Assembly (NCBI RefSeq): GCF_006345805.1
Contig: NC_043005.1
Location: 58,652,001 to 58,716,000 of the forward strand
Direction: 5' to 3'
Source: Octopus sinensis
Taxonomy: Eukaryota
DNA length: 64,000 nt
Both the position numbers and the translations under genes were made by a program. Below, in pieces: positions 51,940-64,000 of this stretch; within the stretch, counting starts at the first letter, position 1, and each line of letters begins with the position of its first letter. A model generated the notes under the pieces. The model saw only the letters and a program-made list of their open reading frames with translations, made no database searches and was not told the DNA's origin.

Positions 51940-53290
51940 TTAATAGTAGAAATATTCTGACAGAATTGTTAACACACTGGGCAAAATGATTAGTGACATT
52001 TTATCCATCTTTACATTCTGAGTTCAAATTCCACCAAGGTTGACTTTGCCTTTCATCCTTTTGGAATCGACAAAATAAGTACCAGTCAAGCGCTGGGGTC
52101 AATATAATTGACATACACCCTTCCTCGGAATTGCTGGTCCTGTGTCAAAATTTGAAACCAGAGTTAAAAGTGTTTTGAGATTTTATTCAGAAGTTTTGTA
52201 ATGATTTTTGCTGTAGGAACATAACTGCTTTTATGTATACTATCAAATTTATGGGATTTTCTTTTTTGCTTTGCTGTAAGTTCATTTAAAGTTACATTTC
52301 CCAAGAACCAACCAACAATATTAAATGAGGGTTGACAGTACTTACAGCCATAAGCCGTATTTTAGCTAAAAGCAACAAATTTCATTAACGCTTTTAGTAG
52401 TTTGGATATTTCTGGAGAACTGTGAAGTCCCATTTACGAATGAATCAATCACTATTAGCTTCCATAATATGATTCTTTAAATCTCGTATGTCTTTCTCCT
52501 CGCTTTCATTATTTTTGGGATTTATAGTATTTCTCTCATTCTCTGAAATAGTTAGGATTCTAGATTTCCCTTTTATATAAGAAGCTTACTTATGTTTTGT
52601 AGAATACTGAAGTGTTGGTAGATTAGTCTTTTACAGTTTATTACAGCATCTAATTAGAAGATCATAAAAGAGAGTGGTTGATGCACTGATGTGATGTTAT
52701 CATATTTAATGACATAGTCCTCTATCCTCACATTTTTTCCTTCTTCTTCTTGATAAAGTAAGAAAATGTCTCGTAAAATATTCATTTGCAGTATCAACTA
52801 ATGCTTAAGCTAATATGACAGAAACAATTAAATCAGAAGATTTATATTGCTACTGTATTCAATAAATTAAGGATGAATTTTTTTCATTACACTTGTAAAA
52901 TTATCTTTCGTAGGGAGTTTATATCACTTAGATAAATTTTAAATTGATGTTCATGTGCACAGAAGACAGCAGCAAAAATCAGAATGATGGCATTCATACT
53001 CATTCAGCTTTGGCTGAGGGGACATAATGATGTTGAAACACCAAGTGTCCCAAAGTCTCCTTGCACAAATGAAGCAAATGTGTTATGGATACACATTTGT
53101 CTGAAAGAAATTCTTCTTCAGTATTGATGAAATACAACAGTAATTATCATATTAATATCCAAATCTATCAGAACATATTATTAATGAATACGAATGTCTA
53201 ATTTCAAATAAAATACAAGTAAATAAAAAATAAGAAAATGGAGATATAGCATTTAATAAAGAATTATTATCAGCAAAAATCAAACATAGT

Positions 53291-53376
53291 CCCTTACAGC
53301 TGTTTCAATTAAGCCCAATAAAGATTAAATAAATATTACTAAAATCATTTTTGGGGGCAAAATCTCTTCAGATGGG
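53291..53376 (-). ncRNA. Type I hammerhead ribozyme with long stem II
   Basis: CCCAT-CTGAAGA-G[ATTTTGCCCCCAAAAATGATT...AATCTTTATTGGGCTTAAT]T-GAAAC-AGCT-GTA^AGGG. Palindromic ACAGCTGT stem III; G-U at 10.1-11.1; bulged stem I. Confidence 0.65.
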
Positions 53377-53674
53377 TTGAAAAGATATACCCTTAGGTTT
53401 TTTTATGTGTTGTATTATAGAATCATCACAGTAGACTCATTTGAATGATAATAAACCACGGTTTATATGCAAACCTATTATTTTATGAATATTATTATTC
53501 CCCAAAAAATATTATGTATTGAACAAGTAATTCCTTGCATAATACCATCTCTTAACTTAACCTCTAATTGAATATAATACAAGTAATATTTTCGATCCCA
53601 GTAGCAGACATTATAGCCAGTTCTACAGTTCTAGAGTTAATCAAACTGTAACCCTGTTTAAGATTTTCTATAAT

Positions 53675-54340
53675 TTATCTTTTACTTGTTTCAGTCATTA
53701 GACTGCAACCATGCTGAGGTGCCACCTTGAAATTTTAGTTGAATGAATTAACCCTATTACTTATCTTTTAAAGCTTGCTAATATTGGTGTTTTTTGTTGA
53801 ATCATCAGATTACAGGAACATAAACAAATCAACACCAATTGTCAAGCAGTGGTGGTGGTGGTAGTGGGGGCAAACAAAGACACAAAAACACACATACAAG
53901 CATGCACATGTACGTGGATGCGTGCGCGCGCACACACACACACACACACAAATGCAAAATAGGCCTCTTTCAGTTTCTTATTTCTTTATTGCCCACAAGG
54001 GGCTAAACATAGAGGGGTCAAACAAGGACAGACAAAGGGATTAAGTCGATCACATCGACCACAGTGCGTAACTGGTACTTAATTTATTGACCCCAAAAGG
54101 ATGAAAGGCAAAGTCGACCTTGGCGGAATATGAACTCAGAGCTTAAAGACAGACGAAATACCACTAAGCATTTCGCCCAGCATGCTAACGATTCTGCCAG
54201 CTCGCCACCTTCTTTTAGTTTCTGCCTACCAAAATCCACTTACAAGGCTTGGATCACCCTGAGGTTTTAGTAAAAGACATTTGCCCAAGGTGGCATACCA
54301 TGGAACTGAACCCAGAACCATGTGATTGGGAAGCAAACCT
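53675..54340 (-). mobile_element. Family B SINE with a nested family A SINE (53977-54210)
   Basis: The B sequence breaks at TCTTTCAGTTTCT and resumes at CTTTTAGTTTCTGCCTACC. Confidence 0.8.
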
Positions 54341-55557
54341 CAGTGAAATATTTTTATGACTTGCCTCACAAACCAACTTCTGTAATCTTGGATCTAATGA
54401 TGTAATTTTGTATGGTGTACGTGGAGGTGAAGTTTACAAACCTCTGAAACAGCCTTAACATTAATAGTGAAAAATCTACTGCTTCTTGCAGAAGAGATTA
54501 TTTACTTGTAGTGACATAGAAGTTTATTGCACTGCATTGTCTGTGAAGAGGACAAAATGCCTTGTTGTATTTGTTGTAGTCACCAGCACAATGAGTTCAA
54601 ATCCTTCCAAGGCCATTTTTGTCTTTCATCCTTTTGTAGAAGATAAAACAAAATACAAGTCCAGAATAGTAGATAAGCTCAGTGCTGTATTAACCATTGA
54701 ACAAAATAAGCACATGCTTAGAGTATCAAGAGAAGTGGGGACATCACAGAAATGGTAAATAGTTTACACCACAAAAGAAATAAACCTGTTAAAATAATAT
54801 TCAAAGTGGTTTATATGATTGGAAATATAATTCCTAAGTATTCATGGTGTTATAGTGTGGAACCAATCAAAGGCTTTGCAATGAAAAAAAAATTGGAGAA
54901 AACCTTTCAAATACAAGAAAAGTGGAAGTATACAAAAACAAAACATTATTTTCCATCTTAGTGTTAGTCTTATTTTATTTTGAAAAATAAATATTTATTT
55001 TATGGTTTATTATTGTTTATATTTTGAATTCGATATATATGGGGGTACCGAAATCTTTTAAGTGCTTAGGACCTCTATGACTCTTAATCCAGTCCCGGAT
55101 ATGCAGACTCACTAAAGCTTTAGACAAGAGGTCTGTCAGTATTTCTATTGTCTTTTAGGTTCAAAGTTCTTCAGTGGTAGAATTGATTCATCATCCAATT
55201 TAACATGAACGTTTGGTCCTTGGAGATCTTCAGCAGAGCTCATGCTGTTGCAAGCATTTAGGTCAGGTTTCAAGTTTGATGCTCTCTTCTCCCTTCCAAT
55301 TATCAGTCCTGAAGACATTTAAAAATAAAGGATCATATATGATTGCCCTTTTCTTTCTTGATTATACTTGAAAATACCAAGATTTTCCCAATTTGGAACG
55401 TTGTTAGTTATTAAAGCAGTTAAGCCAATTTATAACAGATGTGTTGTTATTGCATAATTGAAACAAAGTTACATACTTAATTTTTCGAAAAAAAAAATGA
55501 AATCGAAAATGATTTTAACTATATTATTTTGTCTTTGTTGGATTCATTTATTTATAT

Positions 55558-55950
55558 ACTAGCAGTATCGCCCGGCGTTGCTCGGGTTTGTAAGGGAAAT
55601 AACTATATAAGCATTTTTAGAGAGTTATAGCCAAAAGATAGCAAAAAAATGCATTAAAAATGGAAAAAAAATTATGGTAAATTTTTTTTTAAATCGTTGA
55701 CTCATCTTAGACATTTTTAGAGAGTTACTTCCCTTATATAATAGCGAAAAAATGCATTAAAATGGAAAAAAATGATGGTAAATTATTTTTTAAATCGTAG
55801 ACTCATCGTAGACGCGTGCTAATACCCAGAAGGGCTCGATATGAATCACGACTATAAGATACCCGGTTTTGGTTAAACTGCACCGCAAAATGTGGGAGTA
55901 GTTAGGAATCTAAATCGTAGGAGACAGACACACAACTTCACTTTTATAAA
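55558..55950 (+). mobile_element. Helitron/Helentron-like non-autonomous element with an internal ~100-bp duplication
   Basis: Starts ACTAGCAGTATCGCCCGGCGTTGCTCGGG, ends CACTTTTATAAATA; no TSD or TIR seen. Confidence 0.6.
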
Positions 55951-56222
55951 TAAATGTTGGGTGATTTTGGAAATTATCATTGTAAAATTTATAGCTGATA
56001 CAAAATTGAAAGGGAGCTAAATATTCTACTCCATTTTGAGATTAATATCTGTATCTTTGGTGTCAAGCTGAATGGAGTGGTATGTGAAGAGTAGTTGTAT
56101 GATTTTGTAAGTTATACGTTAATAGTATGTGTGAATATATAAGTGTGTATTATATAAATATATATATATATATGTTTGTATATACTCACATAGCACTTAT
56201 ACATATATACTCATATATGTAG

Positions 56223-56818
56223 ACTAGCAACTAAGCCCAGTTTCACCGGTCGGTTTGGATGATGTGGCTGTAAAACCTGCTCTGTGTAGGCATTCGATGT
56301 GTTTGGGCCTGCTTGTGTTAAAGAACAGTTTTAGAATGACTTTTTCTGTCAAAACACTAAAAATAAATGACCAACAACAACAGAAAAAAACAACCAAGAT
56401 TCAACCAAATCAAAAATAAATCCAAATACTAAGTGAACAAGGATGAACCATCTCACTTCCATTGTGCACGCACACACACACACACGCACACAGGCATTCA
56501 CATACCCCCCCTTTTACATACACACATATATTCACTGAGTTGAAACGCTGTTTGATTTATTTTTTCAACTTACACTACCAAGTTTGACATCACCCCTTCC
56601 TTATTCATCTATCACCCCTTCCTTTCTCATTCATGAACACAAGAGTATTATTATAGTAGATTATTTCGGTAACCATGGGAACTATGAAAAATTACAAAAT
56701 CCAGCATCACCACCAGATCATTCTACACAGCCATGTAATTTTTCGTGCAATTTCACCTAGCTATTTGACCGTTAACCCAAGACAAGAAAGAATTGTCCAT
56801 GTCAAATTTATATGTATA
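56223..56818 (+). mobile_element. Helitron/Helentron-like element, divergent family
   Basis: Starts ACTAGCAACTAAGCCCAGTTTCACCGG and ends GTCAAATTTATATGTATA, in a (TA)-rich context. Confidence 0.4.
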
Positions 56819-58199
56819 AATATGCGTATACATACATACCTACAAATATATATGCAGACATACATATATATATATATTATGTATATGTATGTATGTATGT
56901 ATATATATGTATATGTATGTATGTATGTTTATATAAGTGCTTGTCAAGTATATTTATCTATTATCTATGTATCTGTCTGTCTTTCTCTCTCTATATATAT
57001 ATGTATATATGTATGTATATGTATATGTTTGTGTCCGTGTGATTATGTGTGTGTGTGTGAATATTTGAGGTTAAGTGCACTTTTGAACCACACAACCATG
57101 CATGCACTTAAGCATCATATTAACCAGCTGATGCTTAACAACAGTGTGTTTGTTTCATTGTCTTCTTAAAAGGCTAGACAAAATTTCTAATGGAACTAGA
57201 GCAGCACAGATAGCGAATAATTACATGACAATAGGTTAAGAGGGAAGATGATTTCAGTCATGTGGGTATTTGTATGTTTTAAGTTATGGTAGTAAGAAGT
57301 ACTGTTTGGGACAGGGGTTGAATAATGAGAAAAATAAAGTGGAAGGGATATAGACAAAGGAAGGAAAAGATGGAGGGGAGAAAGAGAAGGGATATCAACA
57401 GGGTCAATGTAGAGTAATTGGTTTAATTCAGAAGCCTATGGGGAAATATTAAAAGTAACAATTATGTATAGACGGTGAAGGTAATTTTGATTTGAGTTTA
57501 GTATGTGAAATCACATAATTATGTTGCTACAGGTGCAGAAGTGGCTGTGTGGTAAGTAGCTTGCTTACCAACCATATGGTTCTGGGTTCATTCCCACTGC
57601 GTGGCACCTTGGGCAAGTGTCTTCTACTATAACCTCGGGTCGCCCAAAGCCTTGTGAGTGGATTTGGTAGACGGAAACTGAAAGAAGCCAATTGTATATA
57701 TGTACATATATGTATGTATGTGTATATGTTTGTGTGTCTGTGTTTGTTCCCCCAACATCGCTTGACAACCAATGCTGGTGTGCTTACGTCCCTGTAACTT
57801 AGCGTTTCGGCAAAAGATACCAATAGAATAAGTACTAGGCTTACAAAGAATAAGTCTTGAGGCTGATTTGCTCGACTAAAGGCAGTGCTTCAGGATGGCC
57901 ACAGTCAAATGACTGAAATAAGTACAAGAATAAAAGAAAAGAAAAGAATAAATAAAAATAGAATAGGTAAATATAATTATTGTTTCTGATAGAGGCACAA
58001 GGTCAGCAATTTTTAAGGAAGAGATTATTCAATACCATTTATCCAGTTACTTGACCGGTACTTTATTTTATCAAACCTAGAGGGATGAAAAGCAAAGTTA
58101 ATCTCTACAGGATTTGACCTCAAAGCATAAAACAATCACGAGATGCTACGTCAATGATTCTGTCAGTTCACTTCCATAATAATTAAATTCTAATTCTAA

Positions 58200-58604
58200 T
58201 ATATATATATATATAAAGCTGAAGTTGTCTGTGTGTGTGTGGCAGGTTTGGTAGCCTTCAACTAACACTATCTCCTCCAAGACCTTGTGGCGCAAGTTGA
58301 CCAAAATTGAGAGTATGATAGAAGAAGGCTTGCTCTTCATTCTGTAGAAGAAAAAATTCAAATCGGACCATGTTAAGATCAAAAATTATTTACATCAAGA
58401 AGGTGCTTTTTTTCTATGAAAATACCTATTTTTTACGATATTTTGACTGCTGTGTCGCCATTTTTCGGTGTATTTTAACCAGAAAAATGTTCACTTAAAG
58501 AGAATAACAAGCTACATAATGCAAAATTTTTACTTTTCAAAAATTCCAATTCTAAAGGGTCAAAAAGAAAACAAACCTGAGCAATCCCGGACTATACTGC
58601 TAGT
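58200..58604 (-). mobile_element. Helitron/Helentron-like element
   Basis: Reverse complement starts ACTAGCAGTATAGTCCGGGATTGCTCAGG and ends CACACAGACAACTTCAGCTTTATATA. Confidence 0.55.
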
Positions 58605-59264
58605 ATGTGATAAATATAATAAAACAATTCTGTATGTCTAATATGAGGAATGTATCATAATATGTTTACTATTATATTAGTCAAGTTTGTGTTCTCATCT
58701 TGATTGCTGCTTTCACTATGTTTTGGCTGTTGTATGCTTCAGCCTTCTTCAGGTACCTTGTGTCGAATTTTGTTGCTTTATTGGAATTTTGACCCTAACT
58801 CTTTATTTGGTCCACAGTGGCAGCTGTCCTCATTCGGCTTCCAGAATTTCATGACATTTCTTGCTTCAGCTGATTTTTTTGTAAATTCCCCTTAGTGCCT
58901 TGCCTGGGATAGAACATAAGACCTACAGATGACTGCATTGCACGAACCAACGCATTTTTCCACTACACTATACCAGTCCGACTAATGTAAATACTGTACA
59001 AAATCTAAAATCTAAAAAAAAACTATCTAATAATAAATATGATAACGATAAAATACTACTACACAAACAGTTAATATAATATTTTCAACAATAGTAATAA
59101 AGTCCACATTTACTGAACACATATGTTTATATGTGAAAATACATGCGTATATATGCTTATGTTCATACAAATATTTATACATACTTATAATAATTTACAT
59201 GGGTATATGCATATATATATATTATGAAAATTATATACATATATATAGATATATATATTTATGT

Positions 59265-59301
<37 letters not shown>

Positions 59302-60079
59302 CATAATATCGCATTCTTCTTTTGAACAATTTTATTTGTTGTGTAACTGTAATTCTTCTGTGGCGCACAAGGAAAATATCCTGAAAACATTTACATCTAT
59401 TATTACCTAGTTTATGTTTATATCTATGTTTTCCCCCCATTAGATTCCAAATGTGCTTTGATAAAGCTGTTGCATCCCTCCTGTATATATTTCAGAAAGT
59501 GTGTGTAGGTTTCATGTATCTGTTTTTTTTTAATGTTTCATTTGGGTTTGTTGCTTTGATATAGTTTTTATTATTTTTCTATCTTATAATATGGTTACCT
59601 TGTAGATCACTATTTTCAAAGTGATTTCCACTTAATGAGCAACATTGTTTTGATATGTTCCAGTTACATCTATCAAAACCAGCTTACATGTTGTAAATCT
59701 CTGATATAACACTAAATCGAACCACTAGAAAACATTATTTTATATATATAAAAAAAAAATTGTGTTACTATATGTATAAACAATGATTCCAAGTCCCCGC
59801 TTTTCAATAATAAAAAATCTTGGCAGTCACATCAACCAGAGAATTTCCACAATTTCCTCTGGCAAGTCCATATCCAGCTATGTATCACAATTCTATTGTG
59901 GGTCCCTAAAAGTGAGCTTCCTCATGCTTAAAGCATATAATCTAATCCCAAACCAAAGAATCAGGAAAAAAGGTAAAAAACATCATGAGATTCAACACAC
60001 TCTTCAAAATAAATTGGATTGGCAAATAAAAGAAATCATTATTACTGATGTTGTTGCTAAGGTAATGAGCTGGCAGAAA

Positions 60080-60312
60080 GGTGGCGAGCTGGCAGAATCG
60101 TTAGTATGCTGGTTGAAATGCTTAGCAGTATTTCGTCTGCTGTTACGTTCTGAGTTCAAAATCCGCCGAGGTCGACTTTTGCTTTCATCCTTTCAGGGTC
60201 GATAAATTATGTACCAGTTACTCACTGGGGTCGATGTAATTGACTATAAATCCCTTTGTCTGTCCTTGTTTCTTCCCTCTATGCTTAGCCCCTTGTTGGC
60301 TAAAAAGAAATA
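60080..60312 (+). mobile_element. Family A SINE, followed by a more diverged copy at 60318-60500
   Basis: Homologous to the other A copies. Confidence 0.85.
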
Positions 60313-60931
60313 AGAACCATTAGGACACTGGGCAAAATGCTTAAGTAGCATTTCTTCCATCTCTACCTACTGAGTTGAAATTCTTCCACGGTCCAATTTG
60401 AATTTCATCCTTTTGGGAGTTGAGGAAATAAATGCCAGTTGAGCACTGAAGTCAATGTAATTGACTAGCTCCCTCCCACAAAATTTCAGTCATATATTGT
60501 AGTGAAAGGAGACTAGAATCTGAAAACTAAGACTCCATTAAATTTGTAATATTTCAGTTTTGAAAGAGTTTTAGAAGAATCAAGTATTTTCTGGTAAGAA
60601 GATTTTTCCTTGGACATAGTACCAATCAGAACACATTCTTGTAGTTCTGATGGTTTTGGGTTTCATGGTATTTAAACGCAGTGTTTAAGAGTGCCATTTG
60701 ATATTACTCCCAAAGCTCTGATTATCACAGGTGCAGCTGTCATTCTTAGATGCCACATTTTGGAAAACTCTCTTTCAAGGCCCTTTTATTTATTTAACTT
60801 TAAAAATGTTTTTTACAGAAGTTCTGCTGTTGGCTGTAATTGGCATATCTATTGTTGCTGTTATTATTGTGGTTGAGTGCCAAAATTTAAAGCCATCATC
60901 ATCATCATCATCATTCTTCTTCTTCTTCTGT

Positions 60932-62176
60932 TTTTACTTTTAATCTGCATGTTTGTTACAATCACTCGCTGAAACACACCCAGCCTCCAAGGGAGAGTGA
61001 AGCATAAGAGATGTTACAGTATGACTGAAAGTTTGGGGATGGGAAGTGGCAGGGGCAGTAGCAAAATATCTTCATGTAATACAGTACATCCGTTTAAATT
61101 GATAGGGTTTTTCTAAAGATGTAGGCAGTACTTGTCAGCACAATTTTCTGGATTTCTCTGAGGCAGGCTTCCTCTGGGATATTATTTAGATGTTTCTGAC
61201 ATCCATTTCTTATCATACCTAGGGCACTCACAATAACAGGAACAGATCTTACTTTAAAATACCATATCTTTTGTATTTCAATTTACAGGTCCTTATATTT
61301 ACTTAATTTGTCAAATTCCTTTACAGATATATTTTTATCAGTAGGAACACTTACATGTATTAGTCTACAAGTATTTTATTTCCTATCTTTAATTACTATG
61401 ACTGGTTGATTAGCCTGGATTGTTCTGTCAGTGTTGACTGGAAAATTCCATTTTTACCTTCAACGACTGGCTTACGATGATGTTCATACTGGTAAGCAGG
61501 AGTGCTGCTTTTGTAGTATTTACATATTTTCCAATATAAATCCTGTCCTGCCCTATTGTGGCTATTTTTGTATTCGTTTGGTGTCAGCTAAGGACATTTC
61601 AAGACAAGATGGTCTATTGTTTCCTCAAATGTGTCACAGAATCTGCATTTAGAGTCAGAGCAGTTTTGAAGAACGTTAGCCTGGTCATTTTTGGTAAGCA
61701 AGCTTTGGTTTTGTGCTGCTAATATGAAACCTTCAGTCTCTACTTTCAGTTCTGAGCTTCTCAGCCACTGGCTGGTAGTTGCTTGGTCTACATCAGCATT
61801 TTGGCTTTGAAATACATATTGTTGATGCAGAAGTTTCTGGCTCCATCATTCCTCAATTTGCTTCTGCTTGTTTTTTTGTGCAGTCTATTTCATTCAATTT
61901 GCTTGTTTTGTGGCAGTGGTTTCAGGTTCTTCATCTAGTTCAGAGTTAATACCAAGTTCCCTTGCAAATTTGGAAGCTACCTTGACAATAGAATGTATAT
62001 TTTTGCTGCTTTCGTATTTGTACACAAGCTGCAGCATCCAATCCTCTGTACTAGATAAGTATCTGTTCATTGCTATTGTGGAGGTCTTATAGCACAGTTC
62101 TACCTGTATCATTCCTCTACCCCAATTACTTCTAGGTAGTTACAGATGATCAACATCTGCTTTTGGGTGGTGTCTT
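60932..62176 (-). mobile_element. R4/Dong-type non-LTR retrotransposon, 5'-truncated (RT C-terminus, CCHC knuckle, RLE domain)
   Basis: HHPKADVDHL*LPRSNWGRGMIQVELCYK; DSKCRFCDTFEETIDHLVLKC (CX2CX8HX4C); followed by a PD-(D/E)xK-type region homologous to 62199-62818. Confidence 0.85.
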
Positions 62177-62198
62177 ATTATCATTATTATTATTATTT

Positions 62199-62818
62199 AC
62201 TTTTAATCTGCATGTTTGTTACAATCACTCGCCGAGACACACCCAGTGTCCTTGCACAAGTGAAGGATTAGAGATGTTACCATATGACTGAAAGCTTAGG
62301 GAGGACAAGTGACAGGGGCAGTAGCAAAATATCTTCATGTAATACAAGATATACATTTAAATTGATAGGGTTTTCCAAAGGATGTGGCCAGTACTTGTCA
62401 GCACAATCTTTTATATTTCTCTGAGACATGGTTCTCCTGGGATCTTATCTAGCTGTTTCTGAGATCTCTTTCTTATCATTCCTAGGGCAGCCACAATAAC
62501 AGGAACAGTTCTCGTTTTGAGATGCTACATCTTTTATATTTCAATTTCCAGGTCCTTATATTTATTTAACTTATGAAATTCCTTTACAGATATATTTTTA
62601 TCAGTAGGAACACTTACATCCATTAGTCTATAAGTATTTTCTTCTCTGTCTTTAATGACTATGTCTGGTCGATTAGTCTGGAAAATCTCATAGGATACTA
62701 ACATTTTTACTTTCAATGACTAACTCGGGATGATGTTCATACCAGTAAGCAGGAGTGCTGATTTTGTAGTGTTTACATATTTTCCAATATAGATACTGTC
62801 CTACCCTATCATGGTGAT
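62199..62818 (-). mobile_element. Second R4/Dong-type copy, 5'-truncated
   Basis: HHDRVGQYLYWKICKHY..WYEHHPELVIESKNVSIL; RPDIVIKDREENTYRLMDVSVPTDKNISVKEFHKLNKYKDLEIEI; same 3' UTR as the first copy; (TAA)n tail. Confidence 0.9.
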
Positions 62819-63461
62819 CCTCCTCCTCCTCCTCCTCCTTCTTCTTCCTCTTCTTCCTCCTCTTCTTCTCCTCTTCTTCCTCCTCTTCCTCATCTTCCTC
62901 TTCCTCCTCTTCTTCCTCCTCTTCTTCCTCCTCTTCCTCATCTTCCTCTTCCTCCTCTTCCTCATCTTCCTCCTCCTCTTCCTCCACTTCTTCTTCTCCT
63001 TCCTCTTCCTCCTCCTCTTCTTCTCTTCTTCTTCTTCTTCTTCTTCTTCTTCTCCTTCCTCCTCTTCTTCTTCTTCTTCTTCTCCTTCCTCCTCTTCCTC
63101 CTCTTCTTCTTCTTCTTCTTCCTCCTCTTCTTCCTCCTCTTCTTCCTCCTCTTCTTCCTCCTCTTCCTCCTCTCCTCCTCTTCTCTTCCTCTCCTCTTCT
63201 TCCTCCTCCTTCTTCCTCCTCTTCTTCCTCCTCTTCCTCCTCCTTCTTCTTCCTCTTCCTCTTCCCCTTCTTCCCCTTCTTCCCCTTCTTCCTCCTCCTC
63301 CTCTTCTTCCTCTTCCCCTTCTTCCTCCTTCTTCCTCTCTTCCTCCTCCTCCTCCTCTTCCTCCTCTTCCTCCTTCCTCCTCCTCTCCTTCCTCTTCCCC
63401 TTCTTCCTCCTCTTCTTCCTCTTCTTCCTCTTCTTCCTCTTCCCCTTCTTCCCCTTCTTCC

Positions 63462-63496
<35 letters not shown>

Positions 63497-63626
63497 CCCC
63501 TCCTCTTCCTCCTCTTCCTCTTCCTCCTCTTCTTCTTCTTCTTCTTCCCCCTCCTCTTCCTCCTCTTCTTCTTCCTCTTCCTCCTCTTCTTCTTCTCCTT
63601 CCTCCTCCTCTTCCTCCTCTTCTTCC

Positions 63627-63658
<32 letters not shown>

Positions 63659-63726
63659 CTCTTCTTCTTCCTCCTCTTCTTCTTCTTCTTCTTCCTCCTC
63701 TTCTTCTTCTTCTTCTTCCCCCTCCT

Positions 63727-63757
<31 letters not shown>

Positions 63758-63905
63758 TTTCTTTTTCTTCTTCTTCTTCTTCTTCTACCTCCTCCTCCTT
63801 CCCTTCCTCCTCCTCCTCCTCCTCTTCTTCTTCTTCTCCTTCCTCCTCCTCCCTCCTCCTCTTCTTCCTCATCCTCCTCCTCATCATCATTATTTTTATT
63901 ATTAT
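62819..63905. repeat. ~1.1-kb (TCC)/(TTC) homopyrimidine tract grading into (TCA)/(TTA)
   Basis: Direct reading of the sequence. Confidence 0.95.
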
Positions 63906-64000
63906 TCAGTGGTCTTATTTTTATAACATGCTTCACTGCACTACTGAGCACAGCTCTGTGTGCCTTGGGTATGTGCTGTGGTTTGCTGTGATGCTCTTAT
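63906..64000 (-). mobile_element. Probable 3' UTR of a third non-LTR element (runs off the window)
   Basis: Non-repetitive sequence whose reverse complement ends ...AAGACCACTG directly before (AAT)n. Resembles my recollection of octopus R4-type 3' ends; no ORF inside the window. Confidence 0.4.

Noticed and set aside
59631-59700. Hairpin CAACAT..GTTTTGATA/TATCAAAAC..ATGTTG flanked by CTTAATGAG and TAAAT
   Set aside because: It could be a very old HHR, but both core halves are mutated and there is no stem I support.
62688-63951. 400, 371 and 329 aa ORFs
   Set aside because: These are translations of the (TCC/TTC) tract. Only the last ~45 aa of the 400-aa ORF are real, and they belong to the retrotransposon.

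Overview
AT-rich, repeat-saturated eukaryotic DNA with no long intact gene. The interspersed repeats resemble those I recall from octopus genomes (inference, not searched). The window holds many tRNA-derived SINE copies, several with clear TSDs or nested insertions. DNA transposons include one full-length and two partial mariner elements, a Tc1 fragment, a pogo/Tigger relic, piggyBac- and hAT-like MITEs, and Helitron/Helentron-like non-autonomous elements. Retroelements include RTE LINE relics, a head-to-tail array of R4/Dong-type RLE retrotransposons joined by triplet microsatellites, and several Penelope-like (PLE) fragments. The most notable signal is a set of type I hammerhead ribozyme (HHR) motifs from about seven distinct sequence families. 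The best preserved are at 45374, 53291, 27663 and 47915, and two families members are built into near-perfect fold-back palindromes. A few short plus-strand splice-flanked open segments may be exons of an unidentified host gene, but they cannot be chained or named. Most long ORFs in the track are microsatellite artefacts.
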